DNA of 64,000 nt, taken from Blepharisma stoltei ATCC 30299. Taxonomy: Eukaryota > Protista > Ciliophora. Within the stretch, counting starts at the first letter, position 1. The number at the start of each line of letters is the position of its first letter. The stretch is from positions 744,001 to 808,000 of the forward strand of contig CBFDEM010000011.1 in assembly GCA_965603825.1 (NCBI GenBank), read 5' to 3'. Shown one piece after another: positions 22,598 through 35,534 of this stretch. Under the pieces are notes generated by a model. That model was given only the letters and a program-made list of their open reading frames with translations. It ran no database searches and was not told where the DNA came from. The position numbers and the translations under genes are program-made.

Positions 22598-24469
22598 TTA
22601 ATCTATTTCTATAAGGTCGCCTTCGTTTAGGCTGTCTAAACTCTTAAGCCCACATATTTCTTCGAGGAAATCAGGGTCATTGCAGGCATTTGCAACAAAA
22701 TCGAAACCTTTTTCTAAGTACTCAGAAACTACAGTAGTTCCACATCCTGTGCATTTGGAAAAAGCAGTTCCATAGTAGTTCATTATTGAAAAGCCGCCAA
22801 AATTCCCTCTGAGCTGATGGGGCAAAATTCCAAGAGGAGTTTCAGAATTATGAGGCGCCTTATGCACTTCTGGATGATGCAAAAGAGATATAAGCAGCTC
22901 TACTGCAAATGAGCTGGCAAGAAATGAAAGCCCTGGCCTTGTGACTGTACACATTTGGTCAAGTGTTCTATCATTTGTACTGTTTCTTGGGCCTACTACA
23001 TCATTGCAAAAATAACAACCAAGTCTTTCTGAATTTTCCACAAATGGAGTCCCTCCATGCCTAACGACCACAAAGCTGTCAAATCCCAATCCTACAGAAA
23101 TGCATGTTTTATCCAGAGCAGTCGTAATTAGCGTTGGCACCCATCTTGACTCTCTTGTGTCGGTTAGCAGAAATACGATATCATGGGATCTTATAAGAGC
23201 TTCAAGTTTTTCAAATTGTTCTTTAACAAAAGCTTCCTTTCCAGCTATTGAATGGCCTGGCATAGGAATTTCAAGCTGAATCCCTTCAGCATCAACCCCT
23301 GGGTATATTCTTTTCAAGTTATCTGCGGCAGCTATTGCTTTAAGTTTAGCAAGTCTAGCATCTTCGAAATCAAATAAGCTTTGTCTGACAGGATTAGAGT
23401 GGGATACTTTTCCTGAGTCTACAAATGTAATTTTTTTAACGCCCCAAGCCATAAGATTTCTAGAGACTTGGCAGCCTAGAGTTCCAGACCCTAATAATAA
23501 GCATGATTTCTCAGAAATTATATCAAGGTTCAGCTCAGGGAGCATCCTCCATCTCATAAGCTTTAGGTTCAAATCAACTGCACTCTGAGCTAAAATCAAT
23601 GGGTCTAGCTGAGGTCTTAAATCAACAACTCTTGGTCCAAGCTTTCCTTTTGCGTTTAATTCCCACCCAAGAAACTTCACTTCATTAATTTCAGGCAAAG
23701 TTATTTGATAATACTGAGAATTTCCTAATGAGAAATTGTTTGGGTTGCTTGAAATTAGGTCTTTAATAGCGACAACGTCTATACTTCTTGAGTGAGATTG
23801 GGAAATATAAGATAAAATATTTCTTAAAGGGGCGCCAGGAAAATCATGCTTTGGTGCAGGATCTATAAAGCAAATAATGTCTGAGGGCCCATTTAACAGC
23901 TCATAGCCTTCATCATTTCGTTTTAATCCTAAAAATGCAGACAGATTTTCACCTCTTTGCAATTTTGCAGCTAAAGCTTCTTTTAGCTTATCTGCATCAA
24001 AATGGTCAGCTAAAGGATGTATAGAATATTCAACAGGCTCAAAGTTTATCATTGGGAACGCAATTCTATGTAGATTTTACCAATAATAAAACACATAAGA
24101 CTTCAAATCTGCGTAAACTATTAAAATAAAGGCATTTTGGTTGCCGTCTGTTAATACATTTTTACCTGCCTCAGCTAATAATTTTTCCCTGTCAGCATTT
24201 TTGAATTCTTCAAGAGTGTTGAATATTTTTAAGTAGCCGTTGGCTTTAATACTCCCATGAGGAATGTTACTTTCTATAGCAATCAATGAGTCTGGTACAA
24301 CATGGAATAAAGGAGGCAGATCTTGATGCTGAGAAGGAGAATAATACCCAAAAATACCAATAAAATCGTCTTGAAGCTTAATTTCTTCTAATTTTTTCTT
24401 CGCCAAAACTTGCCAAAACCCAACATCTATTGCACTTGTAAAGTTATAGAATTTCAGCTTGTTTGCCAT
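22598..24469 (-). CDS. ATG7: Autophagy E1-like enzyme ATG7; one 15-nt intron
   Basis: AVDLNLKLMRWR, GSGTLGC, SNPVRQSL, LGCYFCND, RTLDQMCTVTRPG. Intron 24066-24080 restores YY[W]IAFP. Confidence 0.95.
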
Positions 24470-24586
24470 AATATATTAGTAAAAGTTTTTGACCTTATAA
24501 AATAATTCCTTCACAAATTCTGAGTCTTAACAACTTATAGGCAATTTTTTTCCTTATTTATCAGAACTAAACGCGGCATTGTAAAA

Positions 24587-27115
24587 ATGTCAAGCTTGGG
24601 TGAGATCCTTGTGAATGCTCAGTCAAACGACACAAACATTCGACAGGCAGCTTTCGAAGCCCTGCAGCAATTAAAGCAAACAAACCCCACACAATATATC
24701 TTGAGCCTTTCCGCAGTTCTTGCCTCTCCGACTGATCCAAAACCATCAAGGCAGCTTGCAGGCCTTAATATTAAGAATGTGCTATCAAATCTCAATAACG
24801 AAGATTTCTTAGCTGATTTCTGGGATAAGGTTGACCCATCATTGAAAACAACAGTCCGCAATAACGTTCTGGGCACTCTTGCTAGTGATGACAAAGATAT
24901 CAGGTTGAGTGCTTCACAAGCTGTGGCGGCTGTCGCCAAAATCGATTTGGCCAAAGGAGAATGGACTGAAAGCATCCATATATTGGTTTCGAACGCCATT
25001 AATCCGAATGTAAGCTACAAGCTTGCTAGCTTAATGACCTTAGGATATATATGTGAAGGCGTCACTGCTGAAATAATCAAGCCTGAACTTTCTAACCAAA
25101 TCTTCAGCGCTATTGCAGCAAATATAACAGCCCAAGACACGACCAATGAAATTAAGCTTGTAGCGCTGACTGCTTTGTCTAATTCTTTGCAATTGGCGTC
25201 GAATATTATGCAGGTTAAAGAGGAGCGAGAATTTATATTAAACATGCTATATCAAGTAGCGGTATATCAAGATCTAGAGATCAGAAAAGCTTGTTTCCAA
25301 ATATTCTGTGAGCTGGTGGACCATTATTATGACTTCCTTCCTGCTCATCTATCAGAAATCGGGAACGTGACTTTGCAAGCTATCAAGCAAGACCAAATTG
25401 AAATTGCCATACTTGCTATAGAAGTATGGAACGAAATTGGAGATATTGAATGCAGCAGACAGGCAAAGCAAAATCCTGCACTTTCAGTGAGAGGATTCAT
25501 TATGACTGCAGCTCCAATCCTGATCCCAATTATTCTTGAAAACATCATAAGAGGGGATTTCGAAGAAGACGACTGGGACTTACACAAGTCATGCGGATTG
25601 CTTTTATCATTAGTAGCTCAGCTGACCAGCGATAAGTTTATTGATGCTCCCATACAATTTATTAAAGCAAATGTCAACTCTTCAGACTGGAAATGCAAGG
25701 CTAGTGCATGCATGGCTCTTGGGATGATTTTGGAAGGACCTTCAGCTATCAAGCTTAATGGATTGATTGTTGAAACTACTCCTCACGTATTGAGGCTGAT
25801 GGGAGATGAAAGTGTAGCTGTAAGAGAATCTGCAGCTTGGGCACTGTCAAGGATTTGTGACCTCCAATTTAAAGTCGTTACCACTTCTTATTTTGGGCAA
25901 ATTCTTAACGGAGCTGTTAATTCACTAAAAGACTTGCCTAAGATTGCCTGCAGCTGCTGTTGGACTCTTATTCATCTTATAGAGCATTCTGAAGAAAAGC
26001 AACTGTTTAAAGCTGAGATATTTGAGCCTCTTTTCCAAGCACTTCTTGAATCAGCTGGCCGAACTGGAGTTGTTTCTTCTGAAAATAATCTGCAAGTGGC
26101 ATCATTTTCAACATTATCTACACTATTAGAAAGGTCAGCAAATGACTGCATTCCAATTATTGAAAGAAAACTCCCAGACTTAATTAATATGCTAAAGCAT
26201 TGCTCATATTCTGAAGCCAACGAAAATATGCAAGCTTTGATTGCATCCAGTATCTCCTCAGCTTTAAGCAGAGTAAGGCCAGAATCTATGACTGAAGAAC
26301 TCTGCAAAAACTTCCTTGAAGCTCTTATACAATCTTTTACAGTCAGAAACTCTGTCTATGAAGAAGGAATCCAAGCAATCGGAAATTTTGCCCAGCTTTT
26401 AGAGTCAAGATTTTCCGGCTATTTGCAGATTCTTGCCCCTTATATTGCTTATGCTTTACAAAAGCAAGATATTGTAGGTCTATGCATGTCCGGAACAATG
26501 GTTATTGGTGACATTGCTAGAGCTTTAGGTGAAAACTCCAAGCCTCTTATCAATGATTTAGTCTTACCACTTGTGGGGAATTTGCAAAACGATCAAGCTT
26601 CTTCTTCAGTAAAGTTGAGAAGTATAGAATCCCTTGCTGATATAGCATCTAACTCCAAAGAAGCGTTTGTCCCTTATGTCCCTCAAGTTTTAGCTTTAAT
26701 TGAAGCTGCTGCAAATGCAAGCTTGACCATCATAAAAGAAGAAAATGACCCAGACATGTACGAGTACCTTGCAAGCATGAGAGACGCACTTTTACAGTTC
26801 TATGAAGGCTTTATTCAAGGACTTATAGCGGGAGGTCAGCTTGAAGTGTTGATTCCTTATACCCCTAATATTGTCAGGTATTCTTTGATTGTGACTCAAG
26901 ATTCATTTAAACCGAATCCTGTAAGATTAATTTAGAGCATGCATAGAACGGCGATTGGGATTATTGGAGATATTGCTGGAGCTTATAAAGATAGGGCAAG
27001 AGATTTCGTGAAAATACCTGAAGTTGTGAATTATGTCCAGAGATTCAAACAGTCCAGCAATTCTAGGGTAAGAGAAATTTCACTCTGGGCATTAAACTTG
27101 ATTAACTCTATTTAG
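24587..27115 (+). CDS. KPNB1: Importin subunit beta-1; one 15-nt intron
   Basis: IBN_N (RQLAGLNIKN), HEAT repeats, acidic loop EEDDW, ILEGPS. Intron 26921-26935 extends the frame to TAG 27113-27115. Confidence 0.88.
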
Positions 27116-27335
27116 TAAAGCCAATTTAATTAGGTAATTATTTCTCCAGAATTCAGATGAAAATATAAATATCGATTCATTTCTGATTATGGTTGAATTT
27201 AAGATTTAATGATGACGTTTTTATTATGTCTAATATACTATTTACGTTTTCAGATAATGCTTAATTTTCTCAATGCTTAAAAATCTAGAATTTCTGTTTC
27301 TACTTCAAAATGAGGAAAACTTCTTGTAGTAAAAT

Positions 27336-29999
27336 ATGGTAAGGCAGATCTTTGGAGTGCTGCTTTTGCTATTTATGATAATTTCTAATGTGCATTCTTA
27401 TGTAGACAGCTCACAATATGCTTCAAATGAAGAAAATGATATAAGTCTCTCTTCATATAGAAATGATGATATGGCTTTCAAAACTCACATCAGAAAACAT
27501 TCGTCAGGCAGTATGGAAGAAACAGCTGAAGATGATTCTGGGGATATTTTTATTGCAGATGGCACATGTGGAGAAGGATGCAGCCAATGTTCTTCTCCCA
27601 CGAATTGCACTCTTTGTGACGACCCAGGAGCTCAAATTAACAACCTAAATGGAACATGCAGCTGCATCGACAAAAATGCAACATTAACTGACTCTTCATG
27701 TGTTTGCACTCACGGAGACACTTGCACCTGCAACCCATTCTATTTTTTCAACAGCACAACTGGACTTTGTGATCCTTGCTCTCTTACTTGTTCAAAATGC
27801 AGCGAAAAAGCTGTTTGCGATGAGTGTGCAAATCCAAAGGAAATGAAAAATAATGGCAACGGGGTGTGCTCTTGCTCCGATCCAAACTCTTATTTTGATC
27901 ACTCAGAGCTTACTTGTCCGTGCAGTCCCGGGTTTTACAATAACACTGACGGCGTTTGCACTGCCTGTGGACTCGCGTGCAAAGCTTGCTCTGAAAAAGA
28001 ATGCACTGAATGCTATGATCCAGCTATGGAGCCTTCTGGGATTAATTGTACATGCACAGACCCAAATGCTGAAATTGACATAAAAACTGAAAAATGTGTA
28101 TGCAAAGAAGGATATTTCGAATATATAAAAAACGTTTGCGCAGCATGTGATAAGGGTTGCAAAAATTGTACTGGATATGATGAATGCACAGAATGCTACC
28201 AAAGCGATGATACTATGATTCTTGTTGAAGGGATTTGTGGGTGCATTGATGAAAATGCATATATTGATCCAGCAATACAAAAATGTGTATGTTTTCCAAC
28301 ATATTACAATAATACTGAGAATGGGATATGTGAGCTCTGTGGAGTAGGCTGCAATACATGCACAAGCGATACTGCTTGTTTGCTGTGTGTAAACTCAACA
28401 AGCCAAGATCTTAGCAAAGACACAGGGGGTTGCTATTGTAAGGATCTTACACAATGGATTGACAGATTTGATGATGAGCAGTGCCAAGCATGCCCTCCTG
28501 GACAGTATTCTAATGGAGACGGGCTGTCTTGCTCATTATGCAGCTTAGGTTGTGAAGCTTGCTCCACATTTGAGGTCTGCGATACTTGCTTTGACCAGCA
28601 AAACCAAACAAATATAAATGGGAAATGTTCTTGTTTAGATCCAAATGCATATTTTGATAATTTGGTAGATATATGTGCTTGCAATGATGGGTTTTATAAC
28701 AATGACGGAAAATGCGAACCATGCTCAATTGGATGTGTTACTTGCAAAAGTCCAACCTCATGCTCCGAATGCTGGGATATTGATAACATGCTAAACAAAA
28801 ATGATGGAACTTGTTTTTGTAAGACCTCAACTGATTACCCAGACCCAGACACTCATACTTGTACAGAATGCCCTGATGGACATTTTTCTAGAAACGATGG
28901 GTCTACCTGTGGAGTTTGTGGAGTTGGCTGTCAAAACTGCACCAGCACAACTGAATGCACTGGCTGCTATGACACAAACATGAACAATGTTAATGGAGTA
29001 TGCATCTGCCAAGATTTAAATGCATATATTGACACAAATACAAACCAATGCACTTGCAACCCTGGATATTATGTCAATCAAGACAATGGGGTCTGCATAG
29101 CATGCGGCTCTGGGTGTGCTCAATGCAATGATGATGGTTCTTGTAATACTTGTTTCGACCCAACTCATATGGCTGCTCAAGCAAATGGAACTTGTGTCTG
29201 CAAAGATGGAGATGCTTATTTTAATGACCAAAAAAATGTATGCGAGTGCATTCCAGGGTATTATACGTCACAAACTGGCTGCACTCCATGTGTTAGCGGT
29301 TGTGCAATTTGCAGCTCTCAAACCCAATGCACACAATGCTTTGATCAAGATAGAATGAAAATAGATGGAACTGGAGGATGTGAATGCACAGATCAAAATG
29401 CCCAATATAATGTTGGGAAAGAAAAATGTATATGCGTTAGTGGGATGTTTTATAGTGGGAATGAATGCACGAATTGTGAAGCTGTATGTGCGTCCTGCAG
29501 TGATTCAAATTCTTGTTTAACTTGTCAAGATTCATCAAATATGAATTTAAGTGATGGCCAATGCACTTGCAAGGATTCTCATGCTCATTTTGATGCTACA
29601 GCTAAAAAGTGCTTATGTGGAACTGGGTTTTATGAAAGCGATACAGGAAAGTGTTTATCTTGTGATTCTACATGTGCTAGTTGCAATGCTGTAAATAGTT
29701 GCCAAACATGTATTAATAGTGCAATTATGAAAAATAATGGAGATGGGACATGCTCATGCGATCATAAATATAAATGGGATGAAAAGAAAAATTCTTGTGT
29801 TAAGAAATCAAGTGGATCTTCATCGAGCGACTCAGGAAGTAGTTTGTGGTGGGTCTGGTTTCTGCTCTCACTATTTTTAGTTGGAGGAGCAGTTGGAGGA
29901 TATTATGGGTATAAATATTATAAGCGAAGAGCATGGATTAGACGCCAAAGAAGTGAAGGACAGCTATCAAGTGAATTGGATGAGAGACGCTTAAATTAA
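27336..29999 (+). CDS. Cysteine-rich EGF/furin-like repeat type I membrane (surface) protein
   Basis: Signal peptide, many ~48-aa CxxCxxGCxxC...CxxC...CxC repeats, Ser-rich stalk, TM WWVWFLLSLFLVGG, basic tail. Confidence 0.88.
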   Translation: MVRQIFGVLLLLFMIISNVHSYVDSSQYASNEENDISLSSYRNDDMAFKTHIRKHSSGSMEETAEDDSGDIFIADGTCGEGCSQCSSPTNCTLCDDPGAQINNLNGTCSCIDKNATLTDSSCVCTHGDTCTCNPFYFFNSTTGLCDPCSLTCSKCSEKAVCDECANPKEMKNNGNGVCSCSDPNSYFDHSELTCPCSPGFYNNTDGVCTACGLACKACSEKECTECYDPAMEPSGINCTCTDPNAEIDIKTEKCVCKEGYFEYIKNVCAACDKGCKNCTGYDECTECYQSDDTMILVEGICGCIDENAYIDPAIQKCVCFPTYYNNTENGICELCGVGCNTCTSDTACLLCVNSTSQDLSKDTGGCYCKDLTQWIDRFDDEQCQACPPGQYSNGDGLSCSLCSLGCEACSTFEVCDTCFDQQNQTNINGKCSCLDPNAYFDNLVDICACNDGFYNNDGKCEPCSIGCVTCKSPTSCSECWDIDNMLNKNDGTCFCKTSTDYPDPDTHTCTECPDGHFSRNDGSTCGVCGVGCQNCTSTTECTGCYDTNMNNVNGVCICQDLNAYIDTNTNQCTCNPGYYVNQDNGVCIACGSGCAQCNDDGSCNTCFDPTHMAAQANGTCVCKDGDAYFNDQKNVCECIPGYYTSQTGCTPCVSGCAICSSQTQCTQCFDQDRMKIDGTGGCECTDQNAQYNVGKEKCICVSGMFYSGNECTNCEAVCASCSDSNSCLTCQDSSNMNLSDGQCTCKDSHAHFDATAKKCLCGTGFYESDTGKCLSCDSTCASCNAVNSCQTCINSAIMKNNGDGTCSCDHKYKWDEKKNSCVKKSSGSSSSDSGSSLWWVWFLLSLFLVGGAVGGYYGYKYYKRRAWIRRQRSEGQLSSELDERRLN

Positions 30000-30283
30000 G
30001 ATAAATATTTAAGGAAATGATAATAATTTTTTTCCATTTATATAAAAATATTAATTCTAATAAAGGCAAATAAATATATAAAAGCGTTAAATAAGAGCAG
30101 ACCTATTCAAAATTATGCTTCCTAATAAAATTGATCTGAGCATAATTTAAAATTAACTGAAATGGAGTCTAATATTTTAAATTCACTATATTTCATAGAC
30201 TTTTTTGCTAATTAATTTAAACTAACCATTCATTATTCAATAGCAAAATTTAATATATTCTCAAACAAAATAAAATAACAATT

Positions 30284-31036
30284 ATGACCTCATCTATTTC
30301 AGATTTATCTAAGAAATGAAAACCGATCCGTCTTCGGAACCTCAATGAAGAAAGAGCTCTTATGAAAAAATTAGGAAAAAACCAAGAGTCAAGTGCTAGT
30401 GACTCTGCTATTTTTTCAGATGAAGCAGTCTCAAATCTTGCGAACTCTTTTATAAGCAATGAAAGCTTCATTAAATGCAAACTTCAGTCGCCAATTTATA
30501 AACGAAGAAGTGAGGCAAGTCTAGAATATAGCGGATTGATCATGGAGCTAGCATCAGCCGCAAATAAGTCATTATCCACAGTTCTAAAGAGAGAAAAAGA
30601 AGTTCATGCAGAGAATAAACTGTCAACTTCTGGCTCAGAAACAAGTTTGGTCATAAAAGAGTCTTCAATGAAAATCGCAAAGAAATCCGTAAATATCACT
30701 AAGCATGCTTCTATGTATAATATCCCTCAAAAATCACCCGATGTTTCCCCAATACGCCCTCTTCCAGAAACAAATGCAAAGTTATCTCACACAGAAAAAA
30801 AGGAAGTCCAGAAACCTTCTATTGAAAAAATTAAAATTAGCAAGCCTAATCTTATGAAATCCGAGAAGTTTGATATCATTTTTGCTGAAAAAATTTTGCC
30901 AGTGTTGCTTAAAAGTGCCAAAATAAGTCATAAAGAAAAAAATTCTGAAACCGTTGAAGCTAAAGGAACAAATAATGAAAAAGGTAAAACAAGTGAGATG
31001 ATTCGCAGGTCTAAATATACAAGAAAGAAAAAATAA
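30284..31036 (+). CDS. Hypothetical Lys/Ser-rich protein
   Basis: ATG at 30284 is in frame with the 30362 ORF through one TGA. Confidence 0.6.
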
Positions 31037-31544
31037 TTCAACTTAATTAAATATGAATTTTTATTTGAAACTTGCTTATATTCTTTGATATTATTGCATT
31101 ATTTTAATTTCCAATAATTTTATAAAATTTTCTGTATAATCATATAACAAATCAGTATATAACTTTTACTATTGCGATGAAGTCTAAAAGACATGCCAAA
31201 TACTGCAATATTAATATGAATTGCCTAGATAATATCCATTTTTGTTTATCAAATTGTTTGTGAAATGCATTTTGATTGCAGCTTTACTATTTATAGAGTC
31301 ATAAAATCGAAGTCTAACTCAAGATAAAGCGATAAAATTTTAATACTTGCTATTTCTTACTAGAGCAATACATATAACAATTAATTTCTTTTTTGCTATA
31401 CCAATATAATGGGAATCATCTATTTCTCTATATTTACTGATATCAATCAAAAATTTTAGATTTTTGTTGACAATTTATCCTTAACCATTTTATTGAAATT
31501 GCATTGATAATGGAGATTGTGAAAATGAAAATGGAAACAAAATT

Positions 31545-32744
31545 ATGTCAGGAGATAAGAAAAGATTGACATACACAACAATTAGACCATCATTCTTCGA
31601 TATTACTGAGCCGACAGCGCCTGTTCATAAATGCGAAATGAAAGGCTTTTATAACATGATGGTTTTACTTAGCAGCTATTATATTCTAATTTCATGCTAC
31701 GTAAAATTCATGTCAGAAGGCTCATTTTTCGAAGAAACTTTCTTTGACAACATGATAACTGATGGAAAATTCGTTATCTTGATCTGGCCAAGTGTATTTC
31801 TTTATTCTTGGCTGGCATTTTTCCACCAGCTCCTTATACTAGCAGGTCTTCCAAAAGCTATTTCCTTCATAGTTCAACACTCATCTCAAAGCTTAATGTT
31901 TTTGGTTTCAACTTACCTTGTTTTAACCCGAGACTGGGGCCTGCCTCAAACTTTATTCGTAACAGGACTTTGCTTTACGCATTTCATGAAGATGCACTCA
32001 TATACCCAAGTAAACAGAGACCTCAGAGAAGACTGGCTTAAGAACCCAAAAGACTCAGCCTATCCCAAGAATATTACAGCATATGACTACTTAATCTATT
32101 TAGTAAGACCAGTTTTAGTGTACCAGACCTCTTACCCATCCATTCCCAAATTCCGAATAAGTTACTTTCTAAAGAAGCTCACCTTGTTTTCTGTTCAGAT
32201 CGTCAGTTTGTATATATGTGTATCAGACCATATTCTTCCAATTGTCAAAGAGAGGAACCCATTCTTCACGTCCTGGATGAAACTTGTGATTCCATGTCTC
32301 GCCTCATACTGACTCTTGTTTTTCATTATTTTTGAACAAATTTTGAACTTATTTGCAGAGCTTTCTTTATTTGGAGATAGAGAATTTTACCAGGATTGGT
32401 GGAACTCGAATACTTGGGCTGATTTTTCAAGGAAGTGAAATAGACCTGTCCATCTTTTCTTATACAAGCATGTTTATCTTGAAGCTAAGGAAAGATGAAA
32501 ATTTACTGAGAAGAACTCGACGTACTTTACCTACTTTTTCTCAGCACTGTGCCATGAAATGGTGGTAGCGTTGGTTTGTAAAACAATAAGACCTTATTTG
32601 TCAATTCTTATGATGGCGCAGATTCCTTTGGTGCTGATTGCCAAAATCGGTGGAAGAGAGTTTGGACTTAACTTGTTTTGGACTGGGATTATTGGAGGAC
32701 CTTCCCTGCTGTGCACACTATATTCAATCTCCTCAATTTATTAG
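31545..32744 (+). CDS. MBOAT acyltransferase, DGAT1/sterol O-acyltransferase type
   Basis: FMKMHSY, LVYQTSYP, FGDREFYQDWWN, SRK[W]NRPVH, FSALCHE catalytic His. Single 1200-nt frame with TGA read as Trp. Confidence 0.9.
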
Positions 32745-32880
32745 AAAGATAAAATAATTATTTGATTAGCTGAAATGATAAGATGATTTTTCATATGATA
32801 AGAAATTTTTATTAGACTAGTTTTGAATACTTAAAACGCTGATTAAAGCAGCATAATATAAATAAAAGTAATTATCAATA

Positions 32881-33864
32881 ATGTATCAATTAAATGCTTA
32901 TTCATGTGGGTCTGGAAGTTCAGACCTTCTCTTTACAGGAGACAACCTAGATTATAAGGACTTCCAAATTGCAAGGATACCATGAAACTTAAAAGTTATT
33001 AAATTATCTGGAGTTGTTGGGATAGGAATTGACAATGAAGAACGAGCTTGATTTTGATCAGAAGGACTAAAGATAATGCTTAAGCCAAATGTGACTAAAA
33101 TTGCCTGTGGATGGACACACGTTTTGTTTATAAGTGAAGAAAAGGCTTATTCATATGGTCAGGGAGCATTTGGCCAGTTAGGTCTTGGCAATGTAAAGAG
33201 ATGCGCTAATCCTGAAAATTTGCAAATAAATGGATGCATAAATGTGGGCTGTGGATTCAGAACGTCATTCGTAATAACTAGAGAAGGGACTTTTTGCTTT
33301 GGAGAAAATAGAGGATACCAGCTAGGACTGCCTATTAAATCAAATATAAAAGAGCCAACTTTAAACCCACTGATAGAAATACCTGGAATAATTGAAGGAG
33401 GGAATAAGCATACTGCTTCATTAAACAAAGGCAGACTATTTGTTTGAGGCCAAAATAACTACGGGCAATTGGGAATTCTAGCAATGGAGTCTCAAGTCCC
33501 AACTCAAGTCAATTTTCATAAAGAAATTTCTCAAATTGGCTGTGGATGATATCACACAGCATTTTCAACAGTTGACAAAGAATTGTATATTACTGGAAGA
33601 GGAGACTTAGGTCAACAAGGTAATGGAGAAACTTCCAATAGCAATGAATTCAAGCTTATCATGAGTGACGTTGATGGTTTCTCGTGTGGAAGTGAACACA
33701 ATCTAGCCATTTCAAATGGAAGGGTTTTCAGCTGGGGCTGAAATGAGCACGGAAATTTAGGTATTGGGACACAAGAAAATCAAGTCGTACCATTGCAAGT
33801 TTCTATTGAGAATCCAATACGGGTTATATGTGGAGGTGCAATTAGTTACATTATTAGTTCTTAA
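32881..33864 (+). CDS. RCC1-repeat beta-propeller protein
   Basis: IACGWTH, GQGAFGQLGLG, V[W]GQNNYGQLG, IGCG[W]YH, SWG[W]NEHGNLG; six TGA-Trp codons. Confidence 0.88.
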
Positions 33865-33874
33865 AATTGCATAT

Positions 33875-35383
33875 TTACAGTAGCATACACCCTGAATTGC
33901 ATGTTCCTGCCCTTTCTTCAGTAAACATAATTTTTCGATTTAATTTTTGGACTTCGTCTTCTAGCTTTCCCAAAATCCTATATCTGTATCCAGGCTTCTC
34001 TATCCCAATAATAGTTTCTAGCAGCTCATCAGTTATAGGGTAATTTGAGTACATATGGGCAATCAGCATCTCCATATCATCATACCCGTTTTTCTCAAAT
34101 GAAGAATATAAATCTCCAAGCTTCAAATTGTCAAGCCAATCCAGCAGCTTTGTATTTATTTGTCTGAGTTGCGGAATTGAATAAGCACGCCTAATTTCTT
34201 TTCTTTTAGAATAAGCTTCTGTAAAAGATGTTTCCTCATGCAGAAATCGTGGTCGAATTCCAGCTTTCATTTCTAATTTCATAAGAATTCTGGCTCTATG
34301 CCCATGTTTTTTAATGCCAATTCTTGTTAAAACATCATGACTTATTGGAAGAGGTGTTCTCATCTGCTCAACTAAGCTATCAAGGTCATCAAATCCTGAT
34401 CTTTCGAATAAAATAAAATATTCTCTCAATCTGATCCTTTCAAGAAATCTAAATAATGATGTTGATTTTACCTTAGGGAACAAATCAATCTTTTCGCAAT
34501 ATTCTGAATTATCAACTAATGATAAGGTGGAAACTGTCGTATGGGATTTATAACGGTGGTGAGTCTTTTCTACAAATGAGTTCTGTGGAGACGCATGCTC
34601 AGAAGCACAGATGCTATTTCTCTTTTGCCTTATAGCTGTAGGGACTATTAACGAAACTGGATAATCATTAATCCTAGGTGTGGCATAAATGGCTGATAAG
34701 TTGCTTTTATCTTCTTCTGCAGGGCTAACTTCGGTAATATTAAAGAGACCCACTCCATCTTCATATGTGTAATCAGCTGCATAATCATTTAATATCTTTA
34801 TGACAGTTTTGTCTTTCGCTAATTCTATAGGACTAAATCCTGATTTATCCCTTATTTTCAAGCTTGCCCCAAAGCCAAGCAGTAAACTAATACAATCAAT
34901 TTGTGAATTTTCAGATGCAATATGCAAAGGTGATTGACCGGTAATTGGATTAATTTCGTTAGGATTGGCTCCTTTATTTAAGAGCATTTGGACGATTTTA
35001 TAGTCCCCTCTAAAAGTGGCTTGGTGCAATGGAGTTTCTCCTTCAAACGTTTTTAAGTTAGGGTTTGCATTGGAATCTAACAGCAACTTTAATAATGCGA
35101 ATTCTGAATTATCTGCAGCATTATGAAGTGGGGTTTCTCCTAAATTATTAGCGATGTTCGGATCTGCTCCTTGCTTGAGAAGATAAGCAGTAGCTTCGAC
35201 AGATCCACATAAAACTGCATGAGATAAAGGGGTGAGCCCAAGTTTCGTGTCTTTAAAATTCAATAATGAATTGCTATTTTTGAGGATTGATTCAATTTTG
35301 TGTATGTCTTGCTTCTGGGATGCATGGCAGAGATTATCAAACATTATATCTTGATCATTAAGATCTTGATTTTCTTTATTCAT
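33875..35383 (-). CDS. Ankyrin-repeat protein with two SAM domains and C-terminal CaaX
   Basis: GETPLH repeats; two L..I.L..Y...F...G(F/Y)DD...IGI..(H/P)G(H/Y)R.RIL SAM motifs; ends in CMLL. Confidence 0.85.
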   Translation of the reverse strand: MNKENQDLNDQDIMFDNLCHASQKQDIHKIESILKNSNSLLNFKDTKLGLTPLSHAVLCGSVEATAYLLKQGADPNIANNLGETPLHNAADNSEFALLKLLLDSNANPNLKTFEGETPLHQATFRGDYKIVQMLLNKGANPNEINPITGQSPLHIASENSQIDCISLLLGFGASLKIRDKSGFSPIELAKDKTVIKILNDYAADYTYEDGVGLFNITEVSPAEEDKSNLSAIYATPRINDYPVSLIVPTAIRQKRNSICASEHASPQNSFVEKTHHRYKSHTTVSTLSLVDNSEYCEKIDLFPKVKSTSLFRFLERIRLREYFILFERSGFDDLDSLVEQMRTPLPISHDVLTRIGIKKHGHRARILMKLEMKAGIRPRFLHEETSFTEAYSKRKEIRRAYSIPQLRQINTKLLDWLDNLKLGDLYSSFEKNGYDDMEMLIAHMYSNYPITDELLETIIGIEKPGYRYRILGKLEDEVQKLNRKIMFTEERAGTCNSGCMLL

Positions 35384-35534
35384 TTTATGTTTAAGTATAC
35401 CTATTTTAAAATATTGCTCCTAAAGAAATTAACGAATAAGATGCCTGGTATCAAAAGAAATAAAAATGAGAAAGTGAATATATAAAATTGAATTTTAACG
35501 AAAATTAAGTAACTCATTAGATAACTCACATACA

